Shown one piece after another: positions 44,914 to 54,778 of a stretch of DNA of 64,000 bases. The translations under genes and the position numbers were made by a program. The notes below the pieces were generated by a model. It ran no database searches, was not told where the DNA came from, and saw nothing but the letters and a program-made list of their open reading frames with translations. The stretch's first letter is position 1. Each line of letters opens with the position of its first letter. Source of the stretch: Candidatus Latescibacterota bacterium (GTDB lineage Bacteria; Latescibacterota; UBA2968; UBA8231); contig CBDETY010000003.1 of assembly GCA_965243025.1 (NCBI GenBank), positions 6,368,001-6,432,000 on the forward strand. The letters run 5' to 3'.

Positions 44914-46074
44914 ATGAGTCAACCAACCCGAGTTGCAATTATCGGTCTCGGACAACGTGGACTTCAGCACTTGAACGCCCTGTGGCGGCTTCAGGGCGAA
45001 GGGCTTGTCCGGATTGCAGCGCTGATCGACGCCTTCGAGGACAATCTCGCAGAGGCGAAAATCCGGAGTCATGTGGATGGGTTTCGCATCGAGGGGATCG
45101 ATACCTCGACAGATTTTCGGAAGACTCTCGAGGAACTGCCGCTGGATGCAATCTATTTTGCGCTTCCTCCCGGAGTCCACAACGGCGAAGTCATCCAGGC
45201 GGCGAACGCGGGGGTCCACATCTTTGCCGAGAAGCCGATGAGCCTGTACCTGAACGAGGCCATCGACATGGAACGCGCAATACGGGAAAACGGCGTAATC
45301 TCCACGGCGGGATTCCAGCAGCGCTACGACTCGCGTTATGAAGCCGTCCGGAAATTCCTCGCGGACAAGAAGCCGGTCATGATAACCACTGTAGGGAATG
45401 GCGCCCTCGAAGACCATTCAACCAAGCACACTAAAACCGAAACCTTGGGCGGCCCCGCCAACCGTGTCTGGACGGCAAACTACGAGTGGTCCGGGGCATC
45501 CGTCGTGGAAGGGGGGATTCACCAGACAGACCTGATGAGGTACTGGTTCGGTGACATCTCATGGGTCGAGGCGGATTACATCCACCGCGATGCGTCGGAC
45601 ATCGTCGATGGCGGGGATAATCCGTATGCCTACAGCGTGAGGTACGGATTCGAGTGCGGCTGCATCGCCAATCTCATCCTGTCCCGTCTGCGCCGGACGT
45701 ACTATGGCGACGGCTATGAAAGCATACTCTGGACGCACGGGCATCTGAAGTTCGAGGGAGATGAACCGGTTGCATATTACTACGATGGACCGTATCCGCC
45801 GGAGCGGACACCGCCGCTGGAAGCGGTGCGCCATCCACTTCCGACAGCGCCTCCCGTAGACACGACAGAGCAGATCAGCCGCGCTTTTCTCGGCGCGATC
45901 GAGGCAGGCAACCCGGGCAAGCTTCGGAGTACCTTCGCGAGCAGCATGAACAGCCTCGCTGCGGTCCTGGGCGCGAATGCCTCCGATCAGCTGAAAGGCG
46001 AGCGTATCTATCTCGAGGATTTTTCAGTTGACGAGAGGTACGATCGCTTCCGGCGGAAGCCTGCCGGCAGTTAG
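44914..46074 (+). CDS. Gfo/Idh/MocA family oxidoreductase
   Basis: VAIIGLGQRG, IFAEKP and IHQTD motifs. Confidence 0.9.
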   Translation: MSQPTRVAIIGLGQRGLQHLNALWRLQGEGLVRIAALIDAFEDNLAEAKIRSHVDGFRIEGIDTSTDFRKTLEELPLDAIYFALPPGVHNGEVIQAANAGVHIFAEKPMSLYLNEAIDMERAIRENGVISTAGFQQRYDSRYEAVRKFLADKKPVMITTVGNGALEDHSTKHTKTETLGGPANRVWTANYEWSGASVVEGGIHQTDLMRYWFGDISWVEADYIHRDASDIVDGGDNPYAYSVRYGFECGCIANLILSRLRRTYYGDGYESILWTHGHLKFEGDEPVAYYYDGPYPPERTPPLEAVRHPLPTAPPVDTTEQISRAFLGAIEAGNPGKLRSTFASSMNSLAAVLGANASDQLKGERIYLEDFSVDERYDRFRRKPAGS

Positions 46075-46189
46075 TTCCGTCCGCCAGGACAGTCAGCGGA
46101 AGGCAGCGGATGCCCCGCGCTCGGGGGGCGAGTCGCATCCGGCCGCCTGCCGCCACAAAGACGCGCTTTAACTGCGCGGCGTGCAGCTC

Positions 46190-47002
46190 TCATCTCGCCG
46201 CGCGATACGGTTCCGCGTCGAATCCCGGGTACCGCGCCGCCATCCCCGCGATGAATCCTTCCGTCCACAGCGGGTCGCCCGGCGGCGGGAAGCCCAGCAG
46301 TTCGCGCTGGCGCGGGGTGGCCTCGGCCATGAAGCGGTTCATGGCGGCACCCTTGGCGCCGCTTTTGTACGTGAAGGTGCGGCCGCCGTCCCAGGGGCGG
46401 TCCTTGCGCGTGAAGCCCACCCACATGACCGGGCGATGCCCCGCTGGCGCGGTGAAATCGGAAGCGGCGTGGCGGGTGAAGACGCTGTACAGGCATACCG
46501 ATCCCCCGGGGACGATCATCGGCACGGCTTCCTCCTCGGAGCCGCCCCTCGGCACCATGCGGATCGGGGCCATGCCTTCCCCGACGTCGTCGAAGCAGTA
46601 GAAACAGACCAGGTTCATGAAATCGTCGGGCTCGATGACCGGCCCCAGCGTGTTGTTGCCGTAGTCGATGTGGAAATTGGTCCCGTGCTCCTCACCGGCG
46701 TATTTCATGCCCAGGTGGCCCTCGCACAGCCGGATCTCGCGCGTGCCCAGGACGCGCTCGGCCGCGTCGATCAGATCGGGATGGACGGTGACGTGATTGA
46801 GGCCGGAATGGTCCCAGGGGAAGAGGACCTGTTGAGGGGTGTCGTTGCGCCGGCCGTTGGCCAGGTACCGGTCGTAAGGGGGAGCGTACCGGGTGAAGAA
46901 GCCGTCGAGCGCAGCTTGCTGCTCGTCCCTGGTCAGGAAATTCTCGACGATCACAAAGCCTTGTTCTTTGTACGTAGCGAGTTGGGCGTCGGTGATGTGC
47001 AT
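46190..47002 (-). CDS. phytanoyl-CoA dioxygenase family protein
   Basis: YKEQGFVIVENFL, FHIDY and TRHAAS motifs. Confidence 0.8.
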   Translation of the reverse strand: MHITDAQLATYKEQGFVIVENFLTRDEQQAALDGFFTRYAPPYDRYLANGRRNDTPQQVLFPWDHSGLNHVTVHPDLIDAAERVLGTREIRLCEGHLGMKYAGEEHGTNFHIDYGNNTLGPVIEPDDFMNLVCFYCFDDVGEGMAPIRMVPRGGSEEEAVPMIVPGGSVCLYSVFTRHAASDFTAPAGHRPVMWVGFTRKDRPWDGGRTFTYKSGAKGAAMNRFMAEATPRQRELLGFPPPGDPLWTEGFIAGMAARYPGFDAEPYRAAR

Positions 47003-47091
47003 TCAGGGGTCCGCTTTTTCTTGTCGCCGCAAGTTACCACAGCCGGGGGGCGCGCCCCGGCCAGGAAGGAAAGCACCAAACCGCCGCAATA

Positions 47092-47595
47092 CTAACGATG
47101 GCTGGACGGGGCACCGTTGGTCACTTCGGTGAGCGCGGCGTCGAGGCCGTCGGCGTCGTCGGTGCCGATGCGGATAATCTGTTCCCGGCCGAGATCGTCG
47201 CGGTAATGGACCTCGATGGCGTCGAGGCCCCAGACCTCGTAGCACCACCCTCGCCGGTCGGAGAGCAGTCCGTAGATGGCCCCGGGGCCGCCGAGGCCGT
47301 AATACCAGGGGTTGCGGGCTCGCGTGAAAGAGATGATCCCCTCGAGGGGAATCGTCCGCGCCGGTCCGAACGGCCGGAACGCGGCACGAAGGTGCCGGCC
47401 GGTGATTTCGGTGTCCATCGTGCACCAGACGGCGGCTCGCACGGCGACGACCGCACCGAGCGCGAAGGGGGCCGCCGCAATGCGAGGGTCGGCCGGAACC
47501 AGGACGAGCAAGGCGATCACCCAGAAGAAACCGAGGGGGACCAGGATCTTCCTGGTCGAGCGCTGACGATGCCGGTAGCGGTCCACGTTGATCAT
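47092..47595 (-). CDS. hypothetical membrane protein
   Basis: Two TM helices followed by RTIPL...RNPWYYG...IRIGTDD (PH-like). Confidence 0.65.
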   Translation of the reverse strand: MINVDRYRHRQRSTRKILVPLGFFWVIALLVLVPADPRIAAAPFALGAVVAVRAAVWCTMDTEITGRHLRAAFRPFGPARTIPLEGIISFTRARNPWYYGLGGPGAIYGLLSDRRGWCYEVWGLDAIEVHYRDDLGREQIIRIGTDDADGLDAALTEVTNGAPSSHR

Positions 47596-47721
47596 GTCAA
47601 GCTTTCACGGTCGTTCCCCCGGATTGAGCCTGTTTCGTAAAATACATCCTTCTTCATTTCGGCTGAATCCTCAGCGGACGGCACGGCACCGATGCCGGTG
47701 CAGCGACATCAGAGGAGTTTA

Positions 47722-49359
47722 GTGCCAGTGACTGAAACACCTCCGGGACCGAGACCCATCGAGCCCAGGGGCGGCATTCGCCTGCTGTTCGTGGCCGACC
47801 TTTCGAGTCACGCAAGAGAGCCGTTCATCAGCGACCCGGCCGCGCCCGAACAGATCGAAAGGCTCGTCGACCACTTCGCTCTCAGCGGGGCCGACGCCCT
47901 CGGCCAGGAGGTCTTCGGCCAGGGATGGGTCACCTACTTCCGCTCCGACACCTATGAGTTCGACCAGCGTCCCCAGCACCGCCGCTGGATCCCCCTGCTC
48001 GACCGGGGCATCAACCCCCTCGAGATAATCTGCGGGCGCGCCCATGAGCGCGGCATGAAGTTCATCGCCGGCGCCCGCTTCGGCGACGACCACGGGGCCC
48101 CCACCCAGGGCGCCCGGTGGATGTTCGACCACCCGGAGTTCATCCTGAAAGAAGTTCCGCCCGGACCCCTCGCCAATCCGGGCAACGCGATGGACTTCTC
48201 CTTCAAAGAGGTGCGCGACTTCCACTTCGGGGCCATCGAGGAGATCGCCCGCCGCTTCGACGTCGACGGCATCGAGATAACCTTCCGCAGCGACAACCAC
48301 TTCCCGTACCCGCGCTCGGTCTCGCGCGAACGCCGGCACCTGATGACGGAGCTCTTCCGGCGCATCCGCGGCATGCTTGACGACGAGGGGCGGCAGAAGG
48401 GCAGGAAGCTGATCCTGGGCGTGCGCGTGCCGGAGACGATCGACGAGTGCCACGACTGCGGACTCGACATCCCGGCGTGGATCGCCACCGGCGTTATCGA
48501 CTACGTGAGTCCGTCGAACGCCATGTACGCGAACCACAACGCGCAGTGGGAGGAGTTTTCGCGCCTCACGGAGCGAACGTCCTGCCTGCTGCTGCCCGGG
48601 GTCATGCCGTTCTGCTCGGCCGCCGACGCGCGCAGCGACACCGTCCCCTGGGCGCTCCAGCCCGACACCGGCAGGAGCGGCAGCGCCGACCACATGGCCT
48701 TCCAGTCGCGGGTCTACCTCCGCCCGATGGCCGCGAACAACTACCGCGCCCTCGCCAACAACATGTACGGGGCCGGCGCCGACGGCGTTTCGAGCTTCAA
48801 CTACCAGGAGCAGTACACGGGAAACCTCATGGGCGACTTCCCCGGCTCGCTGGCCCTGCTCAGAGAGCTGAAAGACCCCGATGCCCTGAAAGCGGGCCAC
48901 CGCACCTACCTGTTCCGCTCGATGATGGGCGGGGTGGACTACCACGGCGCCATGGGCATGGCCTCCACAGGCGCGATCAAGGACGACAAGATCCTCCTGA
49001 GCCGCGGGACCCCCGGCGTCCGGCAGGAATACCGGCTCCGCCTCTGCGAGCAGTGGGACCGGATCGGCTACGCCTACGCGGCGGTCCGCGCTCAGAATCT
49101 CAGGCCCGGCGACGACCTGGCGCTCGACGTGAACGGCGCGGCCGTCCCGGAAGACAACGTCCGCCGGATGTGGCACGAGGCCGGCCGCTCGACCAACATC
49201 GGCCGTCCGCTTCCCGCCTACTCGACCGTCATCTTCGACCTCGACCCGGACGGCATGATCGACGGAGACAACACTCTCGGCGCAATGCTGACAGAGCAGG
49301 AGGAGGGAACATCCGGCGATATCCTCATCGACGAGATCGACGTTACCGTGATGCCCTGA
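47722..49359 (+). CDS. GHL10-like TIM-barrel protein with C-terminal beta domain
   Basis: GTG after GAGGAG; RAHERGMKF, MDFSFKEVR, RRFDVDGIE, GLDIPAWI and GADGVSSFN motifs. Confidence 0.65.
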   Translation: MPVTETPPGPRPIEPRGGIRLLFVADLSSHAREPFISDPAAPEQIERLVDHFALSGADALGQEVFGQGWVTYFRSDTYEFDQRPQHRRWIPLLDRGINPLEIICGRAHERGMKFIAGARFGDDHGAPTQGARWMFDHPEFILKEVPPGPLANPGNAMDFSFKEVRDFHFGAIEEIARRFDVDGIEITFRSDNHFPYPRSVSRERRHLMTELFRRIRGMLDDEGRQKGRKLILGVRVPETIDECHDCGLDIPAWIATGVIDYVSPSNAMYANHNAQWEEFSRLTERTSCLLLPGVMPFCSAADARSDTVPWALQPDTGRSGSADHMAFQSRVYLRPMAANNYRALANNMYGAGADGVSSFNYQEQYTGNLMGDFPGSLALLRELKDPDALKAGHRTYLFRSMMGGVDYHGAMGMASTGAIKDDKILLSRGTPGVRQEYRLRLCEQWDRIGYAYAAVRAQNLRPGDDLALDVNGAAVPEDNVRRMWHEAGRSTNIGRPLPAYSTVIFDLDPDGMIDGDNTLGAMLTEQEEGTSGDILIDEIDVTVMP

Positions 49360-49405
49360 GGCAGGGTGTGAAAGTATCGAAGCCAACACAGGCGAAAGGA
49401 ATCCC

Positions 49406-50476
49406 ATGAAGACATCCGATCCGTTTGAAAAAGGTCTCGCAGCCGGTGAGGCAGCGGCTTCTGCCGCCGCCGGCGCGTCGCAAACAAAGTCGAACGGCGC
49501 GCGCATGTACGTGCGCACCCAGAGTTTCGGGTCGACCGATGCCGAGTTGCGCTTTCTGCAGCGCTGCGGCGTGCGCCACAAGGCGGCCAACTTCCCCTTC
49601 CACCCCGGCCGCGGCTGGGACCTCGACGAACTGGTCCGGGAAAGAGAGCGCCACGAGGCCTTCGGGCTGACCCTGGACATGAGCCTGCTGCCCATATATC
49701 AGGAACTTCCCAACATCATCTACTTCGGCAAAAGTCCGGACCGGGACATGGAAATCGACCTGGTGTGCGAAATGATCCGGACCGCTTCCCGCGCCGGCAT
49801 CGATTCCCTGCGCTACAACACCTGCATCCTGCCCATCGACCGCACCGAACGGGAACAAGGCCGCGGCGGCTTCGTCCACACGGCGTTCCGCCTGGACAAG
49901 GTCCCGGCAGAAGAACAGGCCGGGCTGACCGAAGCCGGACGCGTCACCGCAGAGATGCACTGGGAACGGATCGAGTACCTGCTCGACCGCATGATCCCGG
50001 TGGCGGAAGAATTCAAGGTCCGAATGGGAAATTCCCAGGAAGACCCTGCCACGCCCCCCGGTTACAGGGGCGTCGACAAGGTCCTCAACGACTTCGAGGG
50101 CATGAAGCGGTTCATCGAGATTCAGCGCAGTCCCTACAACGGCTGGAACTTCTGCGTCGGCTCCATCGCGGAAGGGCTCGAAGATCCTGCCAGCGAGATC
50201 TGCCCGATCATCGAATACTTCGGAAGCCGCGACACGATCTTCCTCGTTCACTACCGCAACATTCTCGGGGGGCGCTACAGCTTCCGCGAGGCCCTGCCCG
50301 ATGAAGGTGACATGGACTTCCACCGGGTGTTGAAGGCCCTCAGGGACACGGGCTACTGTTACGGCATCGATCCCGACCACGTCCCGCGCACCGACGACGA
50401 TCCGCAGGGCAACTACCAGTCCCTTGCCTACTGCTTCGGCTACATCAACGCCATGATTCAGGCGGTCTACGGTTGA
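49406..50476 (+). CDS. mannonate dehydratase (UxuA)-like protein
   Basis: QEDP, NFCVG, VHYRN, DEGDMD, IDPDH and AYCFGYI motifs. Confidence 0.85.
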   Translation: MKTSDPFEKGLAAGEAAASAAAGASQTKSNGARMYVRTQSFGSTDAELRFLQRCGVRHKAANFPFHPGRGWDLDELVRERERHEAFGLTLDMSLLPIYQELPNIIYFGKSPDRDMEIDLVCEMIRTASRAGIDSLRYNTCILPIDRTEREQGRGGFVHTAFRLDKVPAEEQAGLTEAGRVTAEMHWERIEYLLDRMIPVAEEFKVRMGNSQEDPATPPGYRGVDKVLNDFEGMKRFIEIQRSPYNGWNFCVGSIAEGLEDPASEICPIIEYFGSRDTIFLVHYRNILGGRYSFREALPDEGDMDFHRVLKALRDTGYCYGIDPDHVPRTDDDPQGNYQSLAYCFGYINAMIQAVYG

Positions 50477-50531
50477 TCCATATGCAGGTGGGAGACGGCC
50501 GGCGCATCCCCGGTTCCCGGGGGGACCTGGC

Positions 50532-50777
50532 GTGACCCTGTCCGACCTTCGGCGGCGGCCGCCGGAACGCCGGGCGGACTTCGTCAGGGAGATCGCCGAC
50601 GACGTGAGCCGGCGCATCCGCGAGGGACTGGTGTCCGAGGCCGAGGCGCGGGAGCTGGCCGCCGGCCTGCGCTTTCAGGCGGGGCTGCTGCTGCCGGGGC
50701 GCCTGGAGGCATTCGACCGCATCTACGGCTCCCGCTTCGAGCGGCTGATCCGCCAGTTCCTGCGCGGCGAGAGCTGA
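50532..50777 (+). CDS. small hypothetical helical protein
   Basis: LLPGRLEAFDRIYGSRFERLIRQF; coding-like codon usage. Confidence 0.55.
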   Translation: MTLSDLRRRPPERRADFVREIADDVSRRIREGLVSEAEARELAAGLRFQAGLLLPGRLEAFDRIYGSRFERLIRQFLRGES

Positions 50778-50909
50778 CCGCGGCGTGCCGGTCCCTTCAC
50801 CGACGGGGCGCTGCAGGCGACCCCCACCTGGGTCTGCGGGTCGGCATGCCGCCTCCCGAGTCCCTGAGCCCAACAGCCGGCGGTCGCGCCGGCCGGAAAG
50901 GAAACTGGT

Positions 50910-51851
50910 TTGACCGTACCTGCAGCCGTCTGGGAGATACCCGAGCCGCTGTCAGTTGACAGCGTGAAGGTGGACGACGACGCCACCATCGTCCTGAGGC
51001 GCCACGGGAATCCGGCGGGGCCCCGGCTCGTCCTGTGCCACGGGAACGGCCTCGCCATCGACCTCTACTACCCGTTCTGGTCGCTGCTGGCGGCCGACTT
51101 CGACCTGGTGATCCATGACCTCAGGAACCACGGCTGGAACGAAGTCGGAGCCCTGGAGAACCACCGTTTCGACGCTTTCTCACGCGACCACGACCGCATC
51201 TTCGCAGCGATCGGAAGGCTCTACGGCGACAAACCCACGGCGGCCGTCTTCCACTCCATTTCCGCCCTGGCCGGCCTGCACCTGCCTTCGAGGGGCGGCA
51301 ACTACTCCGCGATGGTGCTGTTCGCCCCGCCTCTCTGCAACCCGGGCTCGAGGTACGGGGAGTTCGAGCTGATTGCCGTGCGAACCGGCGACATGCTCAT
51401 GAGGAGGGCGCCGTGGTTCCGGACCAGGGAAGAGCTCGCCGAGCTCCATACCAACCTCCATTACTTCGAGCGGGCGGTGCCGGGGGTCTTCGATCTCGTG
51501 GCCAGAACGACCCTCAGGGAGTCGGCGACCGGACAGGGTTACGAGCTCCGGTGCCCGCGCGAGTACGAAGCGCAGATCTGGTATGAAGCCTCGCAACCTG
51601 CGGTGTCGGTGGACTTCGGCTCCCTGCGATGCCCCACCAGGATCGTCCCGTCGGATCCAGCCATGGACCCGAACCGGCCGAAGTTCGATTTCAGCGGGGC
51701 CGCAGGCGTCGAGCACGAGTTCGTGCCGGGGACGACACACTTTCTGCAGCTCGAGAAACCGGAGAAGTGCGCGGCGGTGATGCTGGACTTCCTGAGCCGG
51801 CAGGGCTTTGTCGAGAGTCCGCGATTGGCCGCGGGACGCGCGCCGAGGTGA
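50910..51851 (+). CDS. alpha/beta hydrolase
   Basis: LCHGNG, HDLRNHG, FHSIS nucleophile elbow and THFLQLEKP motifs. Confidence 0.85.
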   Translation: MTVPAAVWEIPEPLSVDSVKVDDDATIVLRRHGNPAGPRLVLCHGNGLAIDLYYPFWSLLAADFDLVIHDLRNHGWNEVGALENHRFDAFSRDHDRIFAAIGRLYGDKPTAAVFHSISALAGLHLPSRGGNYSAMVLFAPPLCNPGSRYGEFELIAVRTGDMLMRRAPWFRTREELAELHTNLHYFERAVPGVFDLVARTTLRESATGQGYELRCPREYEAQIWYEASQPAVSVDFGSLRCPTRIVPSDPAMDPNRPKFDFSGAAGVEHEFVPGTTHFLQLEKPEKCAAVMLDFLSRQGFVESPRLAAGRAPR

Positions 51852-51884
51852 GGCGCGCGGCGACCGCTCAGGTCGCCCCCGGCT

Positions 51885-53783
51885 TCAGAAATAGACCTGC
51901 ACGCCCCTGGCTTCCAGGGTTGGAATCTGCCGCTCTCTCGCCTTCTCACTGAGAGGGTTGCCCCTTACAGTCACCCAATTCCCACTGCCGAAATCCGTGT
52001 TGGCCACCAGGGCGGACAGATCCTCGATCTGGTTGTCATCCAGCCGTACGCCTTCCAGGCCGGGCAGCGACGCCAGGGGATCGATATCCGTAATCCGGTT
52101 TCCTTCCAGTTTCAGGTAGATCAGTTCGGTCATTTTCCCCAGGGGGCTCAGATCGGCTATCCGGTTGTTGGACAGGGACAGGTCTGCCAGGGCAGTCAAT
52201 CCGGCGAGTGGGCCAATTTCCACGATTTCGTTGTCCGCGAGATTCAATACTCTCATGAGAGTCAGGTTGGCCAGGGGGTCCAGGTCGGCTATTCCGTTAG
52301 CGGACAAATGGAGAAACCGCAGGTTGCTCATTCGGGTCAGTATGCTGAGATCGGTCAACCCCGTGGCCTCCAGGAGCAGACGTTCCAGACCGGTCAGTCC
52401 GGCCAGCGGGGACCAATCCTCTATCCGCCGGTTGTAGGTAAGCCATAGTTCCCTGAGAGCGGTCATTTCAGCCAACGGGCCCAGATCGGCAATTGGATTC
52501 GCCCCTATCAACAACCGTCTCAGGCTGGTCAATCGAGCCAGCGGAGCCGTATCTGCTATCCGGTTGTTGAACAGATTCAGGTCTTCCAATCGGGCCAATC
52601 CGGTCAGTGGGGTCAGATCCGACACCCGGTTGTAGGGCAGCTGCAGGTCTTTCAGGTTGGTCAACTCCCCCAGGGGGCTGACATCGACTATCTGGTTGAC
52701 GGACAGGTTCAGCCTGGCCAGGCTCGTCATCTTCCCCAGGGGCTCGACATCGACTATCCGGTTGTTGGAGAGTTGAAGCTCTCCCAGGGAGGTCAATGCC
52801 ACCAGCGGGCTGACATCGGCAATCTGGTTTCCGGACAGGAACAGCGTCTCCAGGTTGGTCAAATGCACCAGGGGGTTCACGTCGACTATCTCGTTTTCCA
52901 CCACCCACAGGAATTCCAGACCGGTCAGTTGCCAGATCCCGGCCAGACTGTGAATGCCCATCGCCCCGATCACGAGCCTGGTCAGCGAGGCGGCTCTACG
53001 GTGCGAGAAATCGGAGCTCGGCGATCCCCCCAGGGCTTTCGCTACCGCTTCCCGCAGGGCCTGGTCCTCGAAGAGCAGGATATCGAAAGGAAGAAAGAGG
53101 ACCGTCCCTTCCGGCAGGCCCATCCCGCCTTGCAGCAGGCGCACCTGCACGGTCGGCGAGATATCCCCTTGCCGATGGGTATCCTGCAGGTAGGCCACCA
53201 GCTTGCCCAACGAATTCGGCTCCTCCAGCACCACCGCCAGGTTGACGTCGGCACTGAGTTCGAGCCCCACTATCCCGGTTCGCTCCCCCCAGCGCTGGCT
53301 GAGGAAGGTCCCCACGGCCTCCCAACCCGTAAGGCTGGTCTCCTCCGTACCCAATACGGCCTCGGCACTCGAATCGACTCGCCAGTCGATGGGGACCAGG
53401 CCCGGTGGCAGGTCGCCGGGCTCGGCGGCCTTCAGCCTCAGATGCAGGGGGTCACCCGCGGGGCGGGTCCACACCAGGGTCTTCCGGACCACTCCGTCCG
53501 GGTCGGCACAGCGAATTGACACCAGGCTGTCCCGCCGGCCCCGGTATTCGACATGAAGCCCGGGCAGCGGCCTTTCGGCTTCATCGAGCAGGTGCAGCCA
53601 CAGGCCGCGAGGATACTCCGGCGACTCGACCATCACCCGGCCGTCGCCATCGCTTTGCCCCAACGCCCGGCCGCTGCGGTCGACCCCGACGGCATGGAAC
53701 AGTTCGGTCTCCGCCGTCGCCGCCGCAGCCCATGCAGTCGCCAAAGTCAGGAGTACTCTTGCTTGCACCATTACCGGATACAT
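51885..53783 (-). CDS. secreted internalin-type leucine-rich repeat protein
   Basis: Signal peptide; about 15 22-aa LTxLxxLxLxxNxIxDxxPL repeats; LRR cap GNPLS. Confidence 0.9.
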   Translation of the reverse strand: MYPVMVQARVLLTLATAWAAAATAETELFHAVGVDRSGRALGQSDGDGRVMVESPEYPRGLWLHLLDEAERPLPGLHVEYRGRRDSLVSIRCADPDGVVRKTLVWTRPAGDPLHLRLKAAEPGDLPPGLVPIDWRVDSSAEAVLGTEETSLTGWEAVGTFLSQRWGERTGIVGLELSADVNLAVVLEEPNSLGKLVAYLQDTHRQGDISPTVQVRLLQGGMGLPEGTVLFLPFDILLFEDQALREAVAKALGGSPSSDFSHRRAASLTRLVIGAMGIHSLAGIWQLTGLEFLWVVENEIVDVNPLVHLTNLETLFLSGNQIADVSPLVALTSLGELQLSNNRIVDVEPLGKMTSLARLNLSVNQIVDVSPLGELTNLKDLQLPYNRVSDLTPLTGLARLEDLNLFNNRIADTAPLARLTSLRRLLIGANPIADLGPLAEMTALRELWLTYNRRIEDWSPLAGLTGLERLLLEATGLTDLSILTRMSNLRFLHLSANGIADLDPLANLTLMRVLNLADNEIVEIGPLAGLTALADLSLSNNRIADLSPLGKMTELIYLKLEGNRITDIDPLASLPGLEGVRLDDNQIEDLSALVANTDFGSGNWVTVRGNPLSEKARERQIPTLEARGVQVYF

Positions 53784-53901
53784 GAAGGATCCGCCCGGCA
53801 TGTGGACCCCGGAAATCCGGGGCACCGCGGACCAGAATAGCCGGGGCCGGGGCGCTGCGCGCCAGGATCGGGCAGCAGCTCGGGGGCAGCGGGGAGCGGC
53901 T

Positions 53902-54753
53902 CTACTGAAAATCCTTGCCGGGAATCGTGCCCCAGGGGACCGCTTCCGCATCGCCCTCGTACACCGGCAGGTACGGTTCGGTGATGTGCCGCGTATGTTC
54001 GACCCAGTCAGCCCATTCGGACCTGCTGGTGATGTGATCGCGGATCAACGCCTTGACTTCGCCGGGCATGTCGTCGTAGGCGGGCCAGTACCAGAGAGTG
54101 AGCACTGTGCGCCGCTGGCCGGTTCGGTTGGCGCGGGCGGAATGCAGCAGGCGCGAATCGCCGATGACGACATCGCCGGCGCGAACGGGTACATCGACCT
54201 CACCCTCGACCTGTTGAAAAGCGAGATGATCCATGTCGGTTGCGTTGATCACGTCGTCGTCGTCCCTTGGCCGCATGTCGTGCAGGGGGTGGCGTTTCAG
54301 GTGGGAGCCGGGAATCAGACGCAGGCAGCCGTTGTGCAGGTTCGTGTCGACCAGATAGTACATCAGGAAGTACTGCTGCGGCTGGTTGGTGTAGCTGATC
54401 GGATGGTCCCACAACACGCCGTCGTGGTGCCAGTACAACGGCGGGCTTTGCGGAGGCTTGCTGATCACGAAACCGCTCCAGAATCTGGGGGAATCGAATC
54501 CCAGTTCCGCGAGAGCGGCTATCGCGCCGGGATAAATCAGGAGTTCGGTGAAGGTCGGGTGCGGGCAGGTCCAGTAGGGAATCAGGCAGCCCTGCGAGCG
54601 GTGCTGCTCGAAGTGCTCCTCGTCCTGTTGCGCGATCATCCATTCGCTCATGGCGTTCAGTTTCGCCACCATCTCCGGCGCCAGCACGTTCTCGAAGACG
54701 CAGAAGCCGTCGCGCATGAGTTGATCGCGTTTCTCCCTGGCGGCGATCGGCAT
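53902..54753 (-). CDS. phytanoyl-CoA dioxygenase family protein
   Basis: DGFCVFENVL, WHHD, NGCLRLIPGSH and AGDVVIGDSRLLH motifs. Confidence 0.9.
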   Translation of the reverse strand: MPIAAREKRDQLMRDGFCVFENVLAPEMVAKLNAMSEWMIAQQDEEHFEQHRSQGCLIPYWTCPHPTFTELLIYPGAIAALAELGFDSPRFWSGFVISKPPQSPPLYWHHDGVLWDHPISYTNQPQQYFLMYYLVDTNLHNGCLRLIPGSHLKRHPLHDMRPRDDDDVINATDMDHLAFQQVEGEVDVPVRAGDVVIGDSRLLHSARANRTGQRRTVLTLWYWPAYDDMPGEVKALIRDHITSRSEWADWVEHTRHITEPYLPVYEGDAEAVPWGTIPGKDFQ

Positions 54754-54778
54754 GGGCTCCTTTCCGGTCAGCAGGTTC

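Noticed and set aside
46095-46155. GC-rich intergenic hairpin (another at about 50780-50855)
   Set aside because: No shared sequence between them; adequately explained as terminator-like structures
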